DNA of 64,000 bases from Octopus sinensis (GCF_006345805.1 NC_043013.1:35526001-35590000), one strand, 5' to 3'. Positions 50,907-64,000 are shown, counted from the first letter of the stretch. Notes: a model not told the origin generated them from the letters alone. Program-made: numbers and translations.

Positions 50907-51815
50907 ACTGATTCTGGTGCCTTTGCCACCAACACCAACAACCTACACCATCACAACTGCCAAGAGCAATAACTGTACCAAGCTCCCTACCCCCACCCCA
51001 CCCCCACCCCCACCAACACAGTCTGCCCCCACACCCCTTGCCTCGAAAGCTACACATTGATTATGGTATCAAGAAAGATTTCTTTGATAAGGACAATGAT
51101 GATGATGATAATGATAATAATAACAATGATGATGATGATGATGATGATGACGTTATTGTTGTTGTTGTTGTTGTTCTTGTTGTTCTTGTTGTTGTTGTTA
51201 CCATCATCATAATCTTTATTAGTGTGCTCTGATTTGTATTTAAAACCACACACATTTTAATGGTGTGTCTGAAAAGAAACAACAGCTAAAATAGCAGAAG
51301 GCACACACACACATACCCCTCACATAATATTATATATATATATATGTTTATATATATGTGTGTGTATATGCATTTGTATATACATATATGTATACATATA
51401 AATATACATACATATACAGATGCATAGATCTGTGTATGTGTACCAAGAACCAGAGCAACAACAAAAAAAAACAATAAAATCTACAAGAATGAAAATCTTT
51501 CACATCTCAAGAATTCTTACCAGACACTATTGAGTACCATTATAAAGTATGCCAGTCATGGCCTGGAAGCATGTAGAGTTGGGGAGAGGTGTCATTTATT
51601 AAGAGAATTAAGAACTACTAACTGTAAAATGGAACATTGATCAGTCTTAGAGAAGAACTCTTAGTTATCATAATGATAGTGATTGGTTTCGAATTTTGGT
51701 ACAATGCGCGTAGTTTCTTTTACTTGCTTCAGTCATTAGTCTGTGGCCATGCTGGGGCACCACCTTGAAGAATTTCTAGTCGAATGAATTGACCTCGGTA
51801 TTGATTCTCTTTTCT

Positions 51816-52045
51816 TTAACCATTTTCGTTACTGTATTTATTTTGAGATGCTCTGTGTTTCTTTCAATTATTTTAAATATAATAAGGAATTTAGTAAAAT
51901 AACTTAGTTATCATTAAGCTAGTGTTAGGAACATAAATTGCAACTAAGGTTTGGTGGAAGATTTTAATGAAAAACCTATGAAAACAAGACATTAATACTA
52001 CAGAGCCAGAGCCGGTTTTGGCCGGGTTGGTAATGAAAGTGTTAA
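51816..52045 (+). mobile_element. TTAA-bounded MITE, uninterrupted copy
   Basis: ttaaccatttt ... aaagtgttaa termini; homolog of 32241-32848. Confidence 0.85.
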
Positions 52046-52196
52046 GCCTGGAACTTGTTGTAAGTGTCTCGTTTTGCTGTACTGCTATGTTACAGGGACA
52101 TAAACGCACCCTCACCAGTTGTCAAGCAGTGGTGTGGGACAAACACAGACACAAAAAAGATATACATACATACACACATACACACATGTATAAGTA

Positions 52197-52590
52197 TAGG
52201 CGTAGGAGTGGCTGTGTGGTAAGTAGCTTGCTTACGAACCACAAGGTTCCGGGTTCATTCCCACTGTGTGACACTTTGGGCAAGTGTCTGCTTCTATAGC
52301 CTCGGGCCAACCTAAGCCTTGTAAGTCGATTTGGTAGCCAGAAACTGAAAGAAGCCTGTCGTATATATGTGTATATATATATATATATATGTGTGTGTGT
52401 CTGTTTGTCCCCCCAACATCGCTTGACAACAAATGGTGGTGTGTTTATGTCCTCATAACTTAGCAGTTTGGCAAAAGAGACCGATAGAATAAGTACTAGT
52501 CTTCCAAAGAATAAGTCCTGGGGTCGATTTGCTCAACTAAAGGCAGTGCTCCAGCATGACTGCAGTCAAATGACTGGAACATGTAAAGAA
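52197..52590 (+). mobile_element. SINE family A, full copy
   Basis: Head, core and tail motifs. Confidence 0.9.
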
Positions 52591-52663
52591 CATATTTGCA
52601 ATATAATTACACGCATGCTGTTGGTGTAATTTTTTTACCTTCTTTGAACTATTTTTGTTTTCC

Positions 52664-52694
52664 TTTCTGATGAAAAGCTAAGCTTGAAACGTCA
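52664..52694 (+). ncRNA. Hammerhead-like motif with intact catalytic core (extra-A family)
   Basis: CTGATGA(52667-73)-A-AAGC-taa-GCTT-GAAAC-GTC; stem I reduced to 1 bp. Confidence 0.6.
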
Positions 52695-52754
52695 TAATTT
52701 CTCTCCTTTTTTACTGAGTTGTCGAACTAATACATTCCATGTGCACATCCTCTT

Positions 52755-53035
52755 GTTGCTTGTTCCACCTGACTGGCTCCCATGCTGGTGGCACATAAAA
52801 AGCACCATTCGAGTGTGGTGGATGCCAGTGCTGTCTGACTGGAAACTGTGCTCGTGCCACATAAAAAGCACCCATTACACTCTCAGAGTTGTCGGCATTA
52901 GGATAGGAGTTCATCTGTAGAAACCTTGACAGACCAGATTGGAGCCTGGTGCAGCCTATTGGGTTGGCAGTCCTCAGTCAAACCGTCCAACTCATGCCAG
53001 TATGAAAAGTGAACGTTAAACGATGATGATGAGAT
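52755..53035 (+). mobile_element. RTE LINE 3' UTR fragment
   Basis: Homology to the other copies; (GAT)n tail. Confidence 0.8.
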
Positions 53036-53733
53036 GATGATGATGATGATATGTGTGTGTGATCTGTGTGTGTGTGTGTGTAAAAATGGGTTTCTTTCAG
53101 GTTCCATCTATTAAAACCACTCACAGGGCTTTTGTTGATAAGAGGCTATAGTAGAAGGCATCTGTCCAAGGTGCCACACAGTGGGACTGAACCCAGAGCC
53201 AGGTGGTTGGGAAGAAAGCTTCTTACCACACATCCATACCTGTGCCTATAATGTGTGTGTGTGTGTGTGTGTATACATATTATGAAGATGTCTGCAGTAG
53301 TGTGTAGGGTGTTGCACTCCTACCTTTGTCTCATCTACCTGTCTCACCTTGTGAAACCTTGATTTTTGCAGTTGATAATCTTTTATCCAAAATACTATTG
53401 ACCAGCAGAGTTTCAAATTCGTGTCTCTGCATCTGTAGTAAAAAATCATTTTTCTTTTTTTTTGCTTTTTCTTTATTTCCTTGTGGTAGTTCTGGAATAG
53501 GGGTGGGGTTCCTCAATATTTTTCTTTCTTTTCTTCCCATAAAAATCTGTTAATAAATATACAAAAATGTAAGTTGTAAAAAGTCAATGCTTCTGCATAT
53601 TCAGTAATCCCTCAACTATCATGGGTGTTACATTCCAAATTCCACCCCAACGACAGGTGAAAATCCACAAAGAAGAAACAGTATTGTGCTGTATATGCTT
53701 TTTAAAATCATTTTTATAACTTGTATATGTATA

Positions 53734-54110
53734 TCTTTATATATAAAAGTGAAGTTGTGTGTCTGTCTCCTACGATTTAGATTCCTAACTACTCCCACAT
53801 TTTGCGGTGCAGTGTAACTGAAAGCGGGTATTTTATAGTAGTGATTCATATCGAGCCCTTCTGGGTATTAGCGCACGTCTACGATGAGTCTACAATTTAA
53901 AAAAAATTTACCATCTTTTTTTCCTATTTTTAATGCATTTTTATGTTATTATATAAAGGAAGTAACTCTCTAAAAATGTATTATTAAATCTCAGAACGTA
54001 AAAAGCTACAGTAACACCCCCCTTTGTGATTAGCCATATTGAGATGGCTATTATACTTTACATCTCTAAAAATGCTTACAAACCCGAGCAGCACCGGGGG
54101 ATACTGCTAG
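53734..54110 (+). mobile_element. Non-autonomous Helitron-type element
   Basis: A/TC ... cccgagcagcaccggg hairpin ... CTAG/T. Confidence 0.9.
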
Positions 54111-54355
54111 TTTGATCATAAATGCAAAACAACACCACAGATGAATTGATGCAATAATAAGCCGCCATAGGTGAACCATGAAATGCAAGAGATTGTTGTA
54201 TATGTATGTACATGTATGTGTGTATGTATGTATGACTTTTTAAGAATAAGGAATAATAAATCTTCACAATAGTACAAAGGAAGAAACTTAAGGGAGGAAG
54301 AAATGTTAGTCAATGAAATGAACTCAAGTGCTTAATTAATATTTTATTTTATCAG

Positions 54356-54590
54356 GTGGTGAGCTGGCAGAATCGTTAGCACGCCAGGGGAAATGCTTGG
54401 TGGTATTTCAACTTCTGTTACATTCTGAGTTCAAATTCCACCGAGGTCATCTTTGCCTTTCAGTCTTTAGGGGTGGTCGATTAAATAAGTACCAGTTACG
54501 CATTGGGGGTTGATGTGATCTTACTTAATCCCATTGTCTGTCCTTGTTTGTCCCCTCTAGGTTTCGCTCCCTGTGGGCAATAAAGAAATA
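54356..54590 (+). mobile_element. SINE family B
   Basis: Head and core motifs. Confidence 0.9.
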
Positions 54591-55017
54591 AATATTTTAT
54601 TTTATCTACCCCAGAACAAAGAAAAAACAAAGTTAATATTGGCAGGATTTGAACTCAGAAACCTCAACTAAAACAAAAAATCAGAATTAATATCGAAGCA
54701 TTTGTCAACTGCTCTAATAATTCTCTTAATCCATTGCTAGTAATAATGTCAACTTTTATGTTTGTACAAGTTAAGGAAAACATTTGTCTCAAAATTATTA
54801 ATAATATTAGTAAAAACATTGTAAAGAAACAAACATTAGTGTTACTGCAGTGAGCACCACAAAAAGCTTTAGAAATATTACTCTCATCATTACCATCACA
54901 ATGGCCAGTAATGTAATTGAGACTCTATGTGGTTATTTAACTTGTTAAAAATAGCAACCAAATGTTCCTCAGATCACAGCCTATTCTCTTAAAGGAGAAG
55001 CAAACAACATGATTGGT

Positions 55018-55626
55018 TGTACTGAGCCAATGGAGGCTTTCTTGAGTCAGTGAAGGAGGTTTTAGTGAGCCATTAAGGAATACACTACTGGTCATCTGAG
55101 GAGTGTTCTACTGAGCCAATAATTTAGATTCTACTGACACAAGTGAAGCTTTGATGAGTCAATGAACATGGCTTTACTGAGCCAATGACAGATACTCTAC
55201 TGACAAATAAGGGATGCTCTACTGAGTCAATAAGATACGGTTTTCTAACTCAGAGAGAGAAGTTCTACTGAACCAATGTAAGAAGCTCTTTTGAACTGGC
55301 AAGGTAGGCTCTACTGAGCCAGGGAGGGGATCACTTGTTGGTTCTACTGAGTCAGCAGTTTAATAAGGAAGCCCTACTGAGAACTAATGGAAGAGGCCCT
55401 ACTGAGACAACAAGGGAGATTTTACTGAGCCAGTAGATATGGCTTTACTGAGCTAACAAGAAAATCTTTAACTGGGTCAACGAGGGTGGCTTTACTGAGC
55501 AAATAAAAGAAAATCTACTGAATAAATAAGAAAACAAGTTAGGGTCAACTGACTCAATAGCAAAAATTTTTTCTCAGTCAATGAGTGAGGCTCTGCTGAG
55601 TTGCTAAATAAGATTCTACTGAGCTA
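55018..55626. repeat. Diverged ~23-bp minisatellite with conserved (T)CTACTGAGYCA core
   Basis: About 25 units; conserved core, variable linker. Confidence 0.85.
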
Positions 55627-55959
55627 AAGTTAGGGCCCTACATGGCCTCTTGATTTGCTTGAAATAACAGCCAAATTTTTCTTAAATCATACCTTACCAT
55701 CTTTAGAAAGTAAAACACATTAGATGATATAGTCCTAGATATATTATGCCTGAATTAAAGGCAATATAGAGACTGCTGGATTAACTTCCATTGTAGGTCT
55801 ACTGGACAAAAGCTGATTTGGCACTAACTAACTAATAACAACAACAACAACCATATTACCGCCTCTATCACCACCACTACATCACTGCAATCACTGCTAT
55901 ACCAAAATCTCTGTAAGCCAAAATCTCTGCCAACATGACTATCGCTACCACAATGAGGT

Positions 55960-56390
55960 AGAGGTAGTCGTGCACCACTATGTACCACTACAACCACTAC
56001 AACCACCACCACCACCACCACCACCACCACAACTACGAGCACCATTCCATTACTTCTACCATCACTACACCAACCTCTCCGACCCACCACTGTCACAACC
56101 ACCAGCACTACCAGTGCCAACACAATCACTACCACAACCACCACCACCACCAACACCAGTACCACCACCATCACTACTACCACCACAACCACCTGCACCA
56201 TACCATTACTTCTATCATCACTACATTAACCTCTCCAACACACTACCACCACAACCACAACTACTAACACAACCACCACCATCACAACCACCAGCATCAC
56301 AGCCACCACCACCACTACCACCACCATCACTACCAACACCACAGCTATCAACACTAACCTCACCACCACCACCACCGCCACTAAACACCA
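55960..56390. repeat. (CAC/CAA/TAC)n microsatellite
   Basis: Direct reading. Confidence 0.9.
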
Positions 56391-56849
56391 CTGTTGCTGC
56401 TATAACCAACACTACATTTTTCTGGAAATCATTAGCAGTTCCACTCCCACCTTCTTACAACCCCACCCACCCACCCCCTCCTCACCCCTCCCGACCACCC
56501 ACCCACCCACCCACCCCTCACATCCGACTCAAACTCATTCTAAAGATGCTTCATTTTAATTAAAATTACAATATTAGACAATCAATACCCCTCACCTACA
56601 CCACCACCACCACCACCACCAATCACCTCTCGCTCTTTCCACCATCTCTCTCTTTCTCTCTCTCTCTCTGTCTATCTCTCTCCTTCTCCACCCCACCCCC
56701 CAGTGTCTTTTAATTTGGAACCAGCCCAGAACTGAACTCTCAAGAAGGCGAGATGCATTTTTTTTTTGATTTTGATATTTTTACTTCTTTGTTTTTTTTT
56801 ATGATAGCTTGATTGTTTGTTTTTTGCATTGGTTTGTTTTGTTTTTGGT

Positions 56850-58470
56850 CGATGTGTGTGTGTGTGTGTGTGTGCATGCACATGTGCGTCTATCTATGGG
56901 TATGTGTGTGCATGTGTGTGTGTGTATGCATGAGTACGTGTGCATGTGTGTGCATCTATGTATGTGAATGTGTGTGTATATGTGCACGTTTGTGAGTGTG
57001 TATGTGCATCTATGTATGTGTGTGCATGTGCATCTATGTATGTGTATGTTTGTGTGTGTGTGTGCATGCACATGTGTGTCTATGTATGAGTATGTGTGTG
57101 CATGTGTGTGTGTATGCATGAGTACGTGTGCATGTATGTGCATCCATGTATGTGAATGTGTGTGTATATGTGCACATTTGTGAGTGTGTATGTGCATCTA
57201 TGTATGTGTGTATGTGTGTGCATGTGCATCTATGTATGTGTATGTTTGTGTGTATACATGAGCATGTGTGTGAGTGTGTGTATATGTGCATCTATGTATG
57301 TGTGTATGTGCATCTATGTATGTGAGTGCATGTGTGTATATGTGTGTGTGTATACATGAACATGTGTATGTGAGTGTGTATATGTGTCTATGTATGTGTG
57401 TGTATGTGTGTATGTGGGTGTGTATGCATGAGTATGTGTGTGTGAGTGTGTGTGTGTATATGCATGTGTGTGTACAGGTGCATGAGTGTATGCTTGTGTG
57501 TGTATACATGTGAATGTGTGTATGTGCATGAATATATACATGAATATATGCATATGTGTGTGTTTGTATGTGCACGAGTGTGTGTGTCTACCTATGTGTG
57601 TATGTGCTTGTGAATAAATGTTTGTGTATATACGCATATGTGTGTGTCTATATATATGTACACATATGTGTGTGTGTATTTTTTATGAATGAATGTGTGC
57701 GTGTATGTTTGTGCTTGTATATGAGAGTGCATGCAAATATGCATATATGTGTGTGTGTGTGTGCAAATGCTGGCATATGTGTGTGCAAATGTCAGGATGT
57801 GTGTGTGTGTGTGTGTGAGCTAGTGAATAAATGTGTGTATGTGTGTGCCCACATATGTGTGTCTATATACATGTGTGCACATTTGTATATATCTGTGTGT
57901 AAATGTGTATGCATATGTGTGTGTGTGTGTGCGTGTGTGTACTTGTTGATGATTGAATGTCTGCATGTATGTTTGTACCTAAATATGTGTGTGCGTGCAT
58001 ATATGAATGTGTATATATATATATGCAATTGTCAATATGTGTATGTGTGTGTCTGTGTGAGTCAGTATGATGTGTGTGCATGTGTGTATGCATGTGTGTG
58101 TGTGTCAGTATGATGTGTGTGCATGTGTGCATGCATGTGTGTGTGTGTGTACTTGGCTAATGAATAGATACGTGTATGAATGCTTGTGCCTCTATGCACA
58201 TATGTGTGGAAGCATCTGTATGCGTGTGTATATGTGTATATGTATGTGTGTGTGCTTGCCTGGATACATGTGTGTATGTGCATGTGCGCGCACGTGTGTG
58301 TGTGTGTATCTAAGTGGTGGGTGGGGGATGTTGATATGTTTTTAATGTTTGTTTATGTGTTGAGAATTCTTCATTTCATCTTGATTCTCTTTGGTATTGC
58401 TTGTGTGTGTGTGTGCGTGTGTCTGTGTGTGTGTGTCTGTGCGTGTGTGTGTGTGTGCGTGTGTGTGTTA
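56850..58470. repeat. Long imperfect (GT/GTAT)n satellite with a ~190-bp internal duplication
   Basis: Block at 56871 recurs at 57061. Confidence 0.9.
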
Positions 58471-58539
58471 TTCTTCTAGAAATGAAAAATCATGGATAAC
58501 ATTTTCAAAAATCAATAGGCATTTGTCTTCGTTACCATC

Positions 58540-59330
58540 ATCACCATCACCACCCATTATAAAAATCATCATCATCATCGTCGTCGTCGTCATCATCATC
58601 ATCATCATCACTACCGCCAACATGATCATCACTGTTGTCATCGTTTTCGTCATCATCCCTACTAATATTACCAGCAGCAGCAGCACCACCACCACCATCA
58701 CCACCACCACCACCACCATCACCACCATCATCATCATCACCATCATCAACATTATCATTGTCATTGACATCATCGTCCTCACCATCATCATCATCATCGT
58801 CGTCATTGTCATCATCAGTGTCACCATCATCACCATCGTCCTCACCATTATCATCATTATTGTCGTCGTCGTCATCATCATCGTCATCATCACCATCATT
58901 ATCATCGCTGTTGTCTTCTTCATCATCACCACCGCCATCATCATCATCGTCCTCACCATCATCATCATCATCGTCGTCATTGTCATCATCAGTGTCACCA
59001 TCATCACCATCGTCCTCACCATTATCATCATTATTGTCGTCGTCGTCATCATCATCGTCATCATCACCATCATTATCATCGCTGTTGTCTTCTTCATCAT
59101 CACCACCGCCATCATCCTCATCGTCCTCACCATCATCATCATTATTGACGTCGTGAACATCATGATTGTCACTGTCACCATCATCGTTACCATCAGCATC
59201 ATCACCATCATTATCATCGTTGTTGTCTTTTTCATCATCACCACCATCATCCTCATCAGCATTATCCCCACCATCATCCTCATCATCATTATCCACCACC
59301 ATCATCATCATCGTCGTCCTCATCAACTTT
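58540..59330. repeat. (CAT/CGT/CAC)n compound microsatellite with a 174-bp higher-order duplication
   Basis: cattgtcatcatcagtgtcacc at 58804 and 58978. Confidence 0.9.
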
Positions 59331-59597
59331 GCAAAATTTTACAACTGTCATCACCGCTGTCTTCATCACCAAACCATCAGCATCAGTATCACTCATCACC
59401 TCAACCAAAATATCCCTGCAACCAGCATCATCATCATGACCATCAGCATCACCAATATCATTACAATCGTTACCTATGCTACCTCTAACGACTATACCAC
59501 CAACCATCAGCACCTCGAATCCCACCAGCCTTGTCACCATCACCAATCCTTTTCCCACCGACATCGCCGTCACCATCTTACTCATTTACCAGCACTT

Positions 59598-59792
59598 CGT
59601 TAGTTATGCCGACAAGGGTTCCAGGTGACCCAACCACTGGAACAGCCCGCTCGAGAAATTGAATTGCAAGTTGCTGGGTGCTCCACTGACACGCATACCC
59701 TTAATATAGCTTATAGGGAAATTCAGGGTGACACAGAATGTGACAAGGTTAGCCCTTTGTAATGCAAGTGCAGTTCATTTTCATCAAGTGGT
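59598..59792 (-). mobile_element. SINE family C, 3' half (5' half at about 60168-60270, separated by a (GAT)n tract)
   Basis: Homology to 3488-3812. Confidence 0.75.
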
Positions 59793-60473
59793 GGTGGTGG
59801 TTGTGATGATGATGATGATGAGGAGGAGGCGGATGAGGATGGTGGTGATGATGGTGATGGTGATGATGATGATGATGATGAGATGATGATGATGAGATGA
59901 TGATGATGATGAGATGATGATGATGATGATGAGGTGATTATGATGATGAGAAGGATGGTGATGATGGCCATGATGATGATGATGATGGTGGTGGTGGTGA
60001 TGGTGATGATGATGATAATGAGGTGGATGGTGGTGATGATGGTGATGGTGATGGTGATGATGATGATGATGATGACGATGATGAGGCGTTGATGATGAAG
60101 AGGAGGATAATGATGATGATGATGATGATGAGGATGATGATGATGATGATGTTGATGATGAGCAATGGGAAATAAAGTGTCTTGCTCAAGAATACAACAC
60201 ACGGCTGAGAATTGAACCCATGACCTTATGATTGTCAGCCGAATGCCTGAGTCACTAAGTCACTAGCCTTCATCATTGCCATCATCAATAATGACTCTAT
60301 TACTGTTATGTCAACACTAAAGCCACGCTACAACAATCACAAGAACCACTAGGAACAATATCAACGACACCAGAACTACTATTTCTGCTGCTACTATCAC
60401 CATGACAACAGCCACCACTACTGAAACCACCACCACTACCAACACTACAATAATTATCCTTAGCACAAGGATA

Positions 60474-60507
<34 letters not shown>

Positions 60508-61254
60508 ACTACTACTACCACCACCACTACTGCTGCTGCTGTTTGCATCCAGTAAAGTGTGAATGATGATGATGATGGTGGTGGTGGTCGTCGTCGTAAT
60601 GATGATGATGAGGAGGAGGAGGAGGAGGAGGACGGTGGTGGGGATGATGATGATGATGAGATGATGATGATGATGATGATGAGGTGATGATGATGATGAG
60701 GATGATGATGATGATGGTGGTGGTGATGATGATGAGGAGGAGGAGGTGATGATGATGATGAGGTTGATGATGATGATGGTGGTGGTGGTGATGATGATGA
60801 GAAGGAGGAGGATGGTGGTGATGATGATGATGCTGATGAGATGATGATGATGATGATGCTGATGAGATGATGATGATGATGATGCTGATGAGATGATGAT
60901 GATGATGAGGTCATGATGATGAAGAGGAGGATAATGATGATGATGATGACGACAATCGTGGTGATATATTTTTTTTTTTCTATTTGATGAGAGAAGTCGA
61001 CAATTTCCCAAATAATCCTCACAACATAACTGGTAATTATTCCGTTCACACTCATCCTCTCTCTGAGATGAAAGACAAATCAAGTGAAATCTGAGGGTGG
61101 ATTTGGAAACCAGAACACAAACTAAAATTTAAAAAATCCTAAACATTGCAAAAAAAAAAATGGTTAATTCAACCTTGGTGTAATTTGAATTTTTTTTCTT
61201 AATATTGATTTGTGAATTGCAATAAGGGTTATCCCTTATAAATAGGCATAAGTA

Positions 61255-61510
61255 TGTGGTTGAAGGTGTATGGATCAGTGGTTAGAGCATGAAGCTCATA
61301 ATTATGAGGTAGTGAGTTCAATTTCCAGACCTGTGTGTTGTGCTCTTGAGCAAGACATTTTATTTCATGTTGCTCCTGTTCATTCAGCTGTAGGAATGAG
61401 TTTCAGTGTCACTGGTGCCAAGCTGTATCTGCCTTTGCCTTCCTCTTAGATAATATCGGTAGCATGGAGAAGAGAAGCTGGTATGCATGGGTTAGGGCTA
61501 GGGTTAGAGT
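61255..61510 (+). mobile_element. SINE family C
   Basis: gtggttagagc head, gagttcaatttcc B-box, ctcttgagcaagaca core. Confidence 0.8.
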
Positions 61511-63350
61511 CATCATCATCTTGGCCGCCATCATCATCATCACCATCATCCTTCTCCTCCTCCTCCTCATCATCATCATCATCACCATCATCATCATCAC
61601 CACCATCCTCATCATCATCATCACCACCATCATCATCATCATCATCCTCATCATCATCATCATCATCCTCATCATCATCATCATCACCTCATCTTCATCA
61701 TCATCTCATCATCATCATCATCATCACTGTCACCATCATCACCACCCTCCTCCTCATTCTCCTCCTCCTCCTCCTCCTCCTCCTTATCATCATCATCCCC
61801 ACCACCATCCTCATCATCATCATCACCATCATCATCATGACAACCACAAACAACCTTGCTTGGACTTGTGCCTTGGAGAGGAAATCAACTGGCCCCCTCC
61901 CCACAAAAAATTCAGGCCTATAAAAGTATATCGTGACAGTTACAGAATATAGAATGTAATGTAACACCAATGACTATATAATCCATCCAAAAAATCTCAG
62001 TTTCAAAAACGTAAATGGAATTACTATTTAACCTTAAAATACATCGTACATATTCAAAGAACCTTAATGTACAAATTGAAATGCAAAAGAATGAAATAAT
62101 AAATGGATCTATGAATGAAGGTTTGGCAATTGCGTTTATTTCCACCACACAACACTTATTATTGCCAACATTTTTTTAACGAACCCATACTATACACACA
62201 CACACAAATACATTCATATAAATGTGTCTCGAGTTGTAGCTGTAATTCAAAGGGGCCAGCTTTGTCATATTCTGTGTGAGGCAGAATCTCCTTGAGAACT
62301 ATGTTAATGTTATGCATGTTGGTGGAGTACTCAGCCATTTGTGAATTAATTTTATCCTCGTGTGGTAATGAAAAGTGAAATTGACATCCAATATTTGCTA
62401 TGTATGTATCTATGTATGAACTTTTCTTTGAATTTATGTATCTGCTGTCTCTCTCACTTTCTCTCTTTCTCTTTCACTTCCTTTGTGTCCCTCTTCTCTC
62501 CCACTTTTGATTTAAAAAATGTGTATATGTATCTAGGTATCTACTTCTCTTGCGATGTGATAAACATTTAAAAACACAAAATGAACACTGTCACCACTCA
62601 CTGTCTCTTTTACACTCTCTCTTCCTATCTCACTTTTTCTCTCTTCTTCACTCTCTTTCTCTCTTACTTCCTCTCTGAAACATTTAAAAACAAACAAACG
62701 CCATCACCACTCACTGTCTCTTTCACTCTCTCACTTTCTCTCTCACCCTCTCTTTCTATCTCACTCTCTCACTTTCTCTCTCTCTCTCTCTCTCTTACTT
62801 CTTCCCTCTCCTCCACTCTCTTCCTTTGCCACTCCTGTGAAGTAAGTGTGATGCACACAACAGGTACGTACAAAAACAAAATGTTAGCGTATTAATATTA
62901 TTGATAATAATAGTAGTAGTAATAATAATAGTAATTATCATAACAATAGTAGTAGTAGTAGCAGCAGCAGCAGGAGCAGTAGTAGTAGTGGTAGTAGTAT
63001 TAGTAGTAGTAGTAGTAGTAGTAACAACAACAACAACAACAACAAAAATAACAACAACAACAAAAACAACAACAACAACAACAATAATAATAACAATAAC
63101 AATAATAATAATTGTAAAAATAGTAGCAATAATAATTATAACAACGATAATAGTAGTAGTAGTAGTGGTAGTAATAATGACTTTTGCAGATTCTTTGAGA
63201 CATTGATGGGACTGGTTCTGCTACAACTACCACTAATGCTGAGTTGTGTCTTAGACACAAAACCAGGTAATTACTGGGAAAAGAAGACAATGACAAAAGC
63301 AAAAAAAAACAAACGTAACAACAATATTAACAAGAAGATCAGATAAGATC

Positions 63351-63792
63351 TTTTTTGAATATTCTGTCCGTCTACTTGTTGTTGTTGTTTTTTACTTACT
63401 TACTTACTAAATAAGATGCTGGGTAGGAACAGGGTGGGAAACTCAATGGGGTCAATGTTTTGCAATGAATACTGAGAAAAATTATAATTGGAAAATTGTA
63501 AGCAACAACTACAGCAACAACAATGTAAATAATGCTATCATCAACAAAACGAATTGCAAAAGCAAAATAAATAAAAATATAAGAATTGAATGTCATATAA
63601 CACTTAATGATTACATCAAGAACAATAATATATATACATATATACACAAACACGTGCATATATATATATATTTATATATATATATATAAATTGACCTCAT
63701 TGAGTTTCCCACCCTGTTCCTACCCAGCATTTTATTTAGTAAGTAAATAAAAAAAAACAACAACAAGTAGACAGACAGAATATTCAAAAAGA
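63351..63792. repeat. Inverted repeat, ~105-bp arms (63351-63456 / 63690-63792)
   Basis: gggtaggaacagggtgggaaactcaatggggtcaat versus its reverse complement with 1 mismatch. Confidence 0.9.
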
Positions 63793-63824
63793 TATATATA
63801 TATATATATTCCTTTTGAATATTC

Positions 63825-63868
<44 letters not shown>

Positions 63869-63869
<1 letters not shown>

Positions 63870-64000
63870 GGCACAGGAGTGGTTGTGTGGTAAGTAGCTT
63901 GTTTACCAACCACATGCTTCCGGGTTCAGTCCCACTGCGTGGCACCTTGGGCAAGTGTCTTCTACTATAGCCTCGGGCCGACCAAAGCCTTGTGAGTGGA
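63869..64000 (+). mobile_element. SINE family A, cut by the window end
   Basis: Head and core motifs. Confidence 0.9.

Noticed and set aside
55018-55626. CRISPR array
   Set aside because: Eukaryotic context, ~10-bp degenerate core, ~12-bp linkers, no cas genes
58391-59488. 365-aa Ile-rich and 259-aa Asp-rich (Aspein-like) ORFs
   Set aside because: Open on both strands because they are (CAT)n repeats; no signal peptide or unique domain; same for 48545-48850
61490-61510. Telomeric repeat (gggttagggctagggttag)
   Set aside because: Only about three degenerate units at the end of a SINE

Overview
AT-rich animal genomic DNA, extremely rich in microsatellites, with one 100-N gap (2515-2614). The mix of SINE, Penelope, RTE and R4/Dong-type repeats looks like an octopus genome; this is inferred from pattern recognition, not from a search. 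I found no confidently identifiable host gene, rRNA, true tRNA gene or CRISPR array. Almost all long ORFs in the track are read-throughs of simple repeats. What the sequence does support is a graveyard of mobile elements: two Penelope-like (GIY-YIG) fragments, RTE, CR1, L1/Tx1 and five RLE-type (R4/Dong-like) LINE ends, a Gypsy integrase relic, mariner and maT transposase relics, TTAA MITEs, Helitron-type elements and three tRNA-derived SINE families (local names A, B, C). Main leads: (1) seven minimal hammerhead-ribozyme-like motifs, including a dispersed family with an extra A after the CUGANGA box and a covarying stem II; (2) a ~470-bp non-coding retroelement and several RLE LINEs that sit in (AAT)n tracts; (3) a ~600-bp array of ~23-bp units with a conserved AP-1/MARE-like core; (4) a perfect RFX X-box and a tentative, hand-built chain of phase-compatible exons of an unidentified gene. 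Repeat boundaries were read by eye and are approximate.
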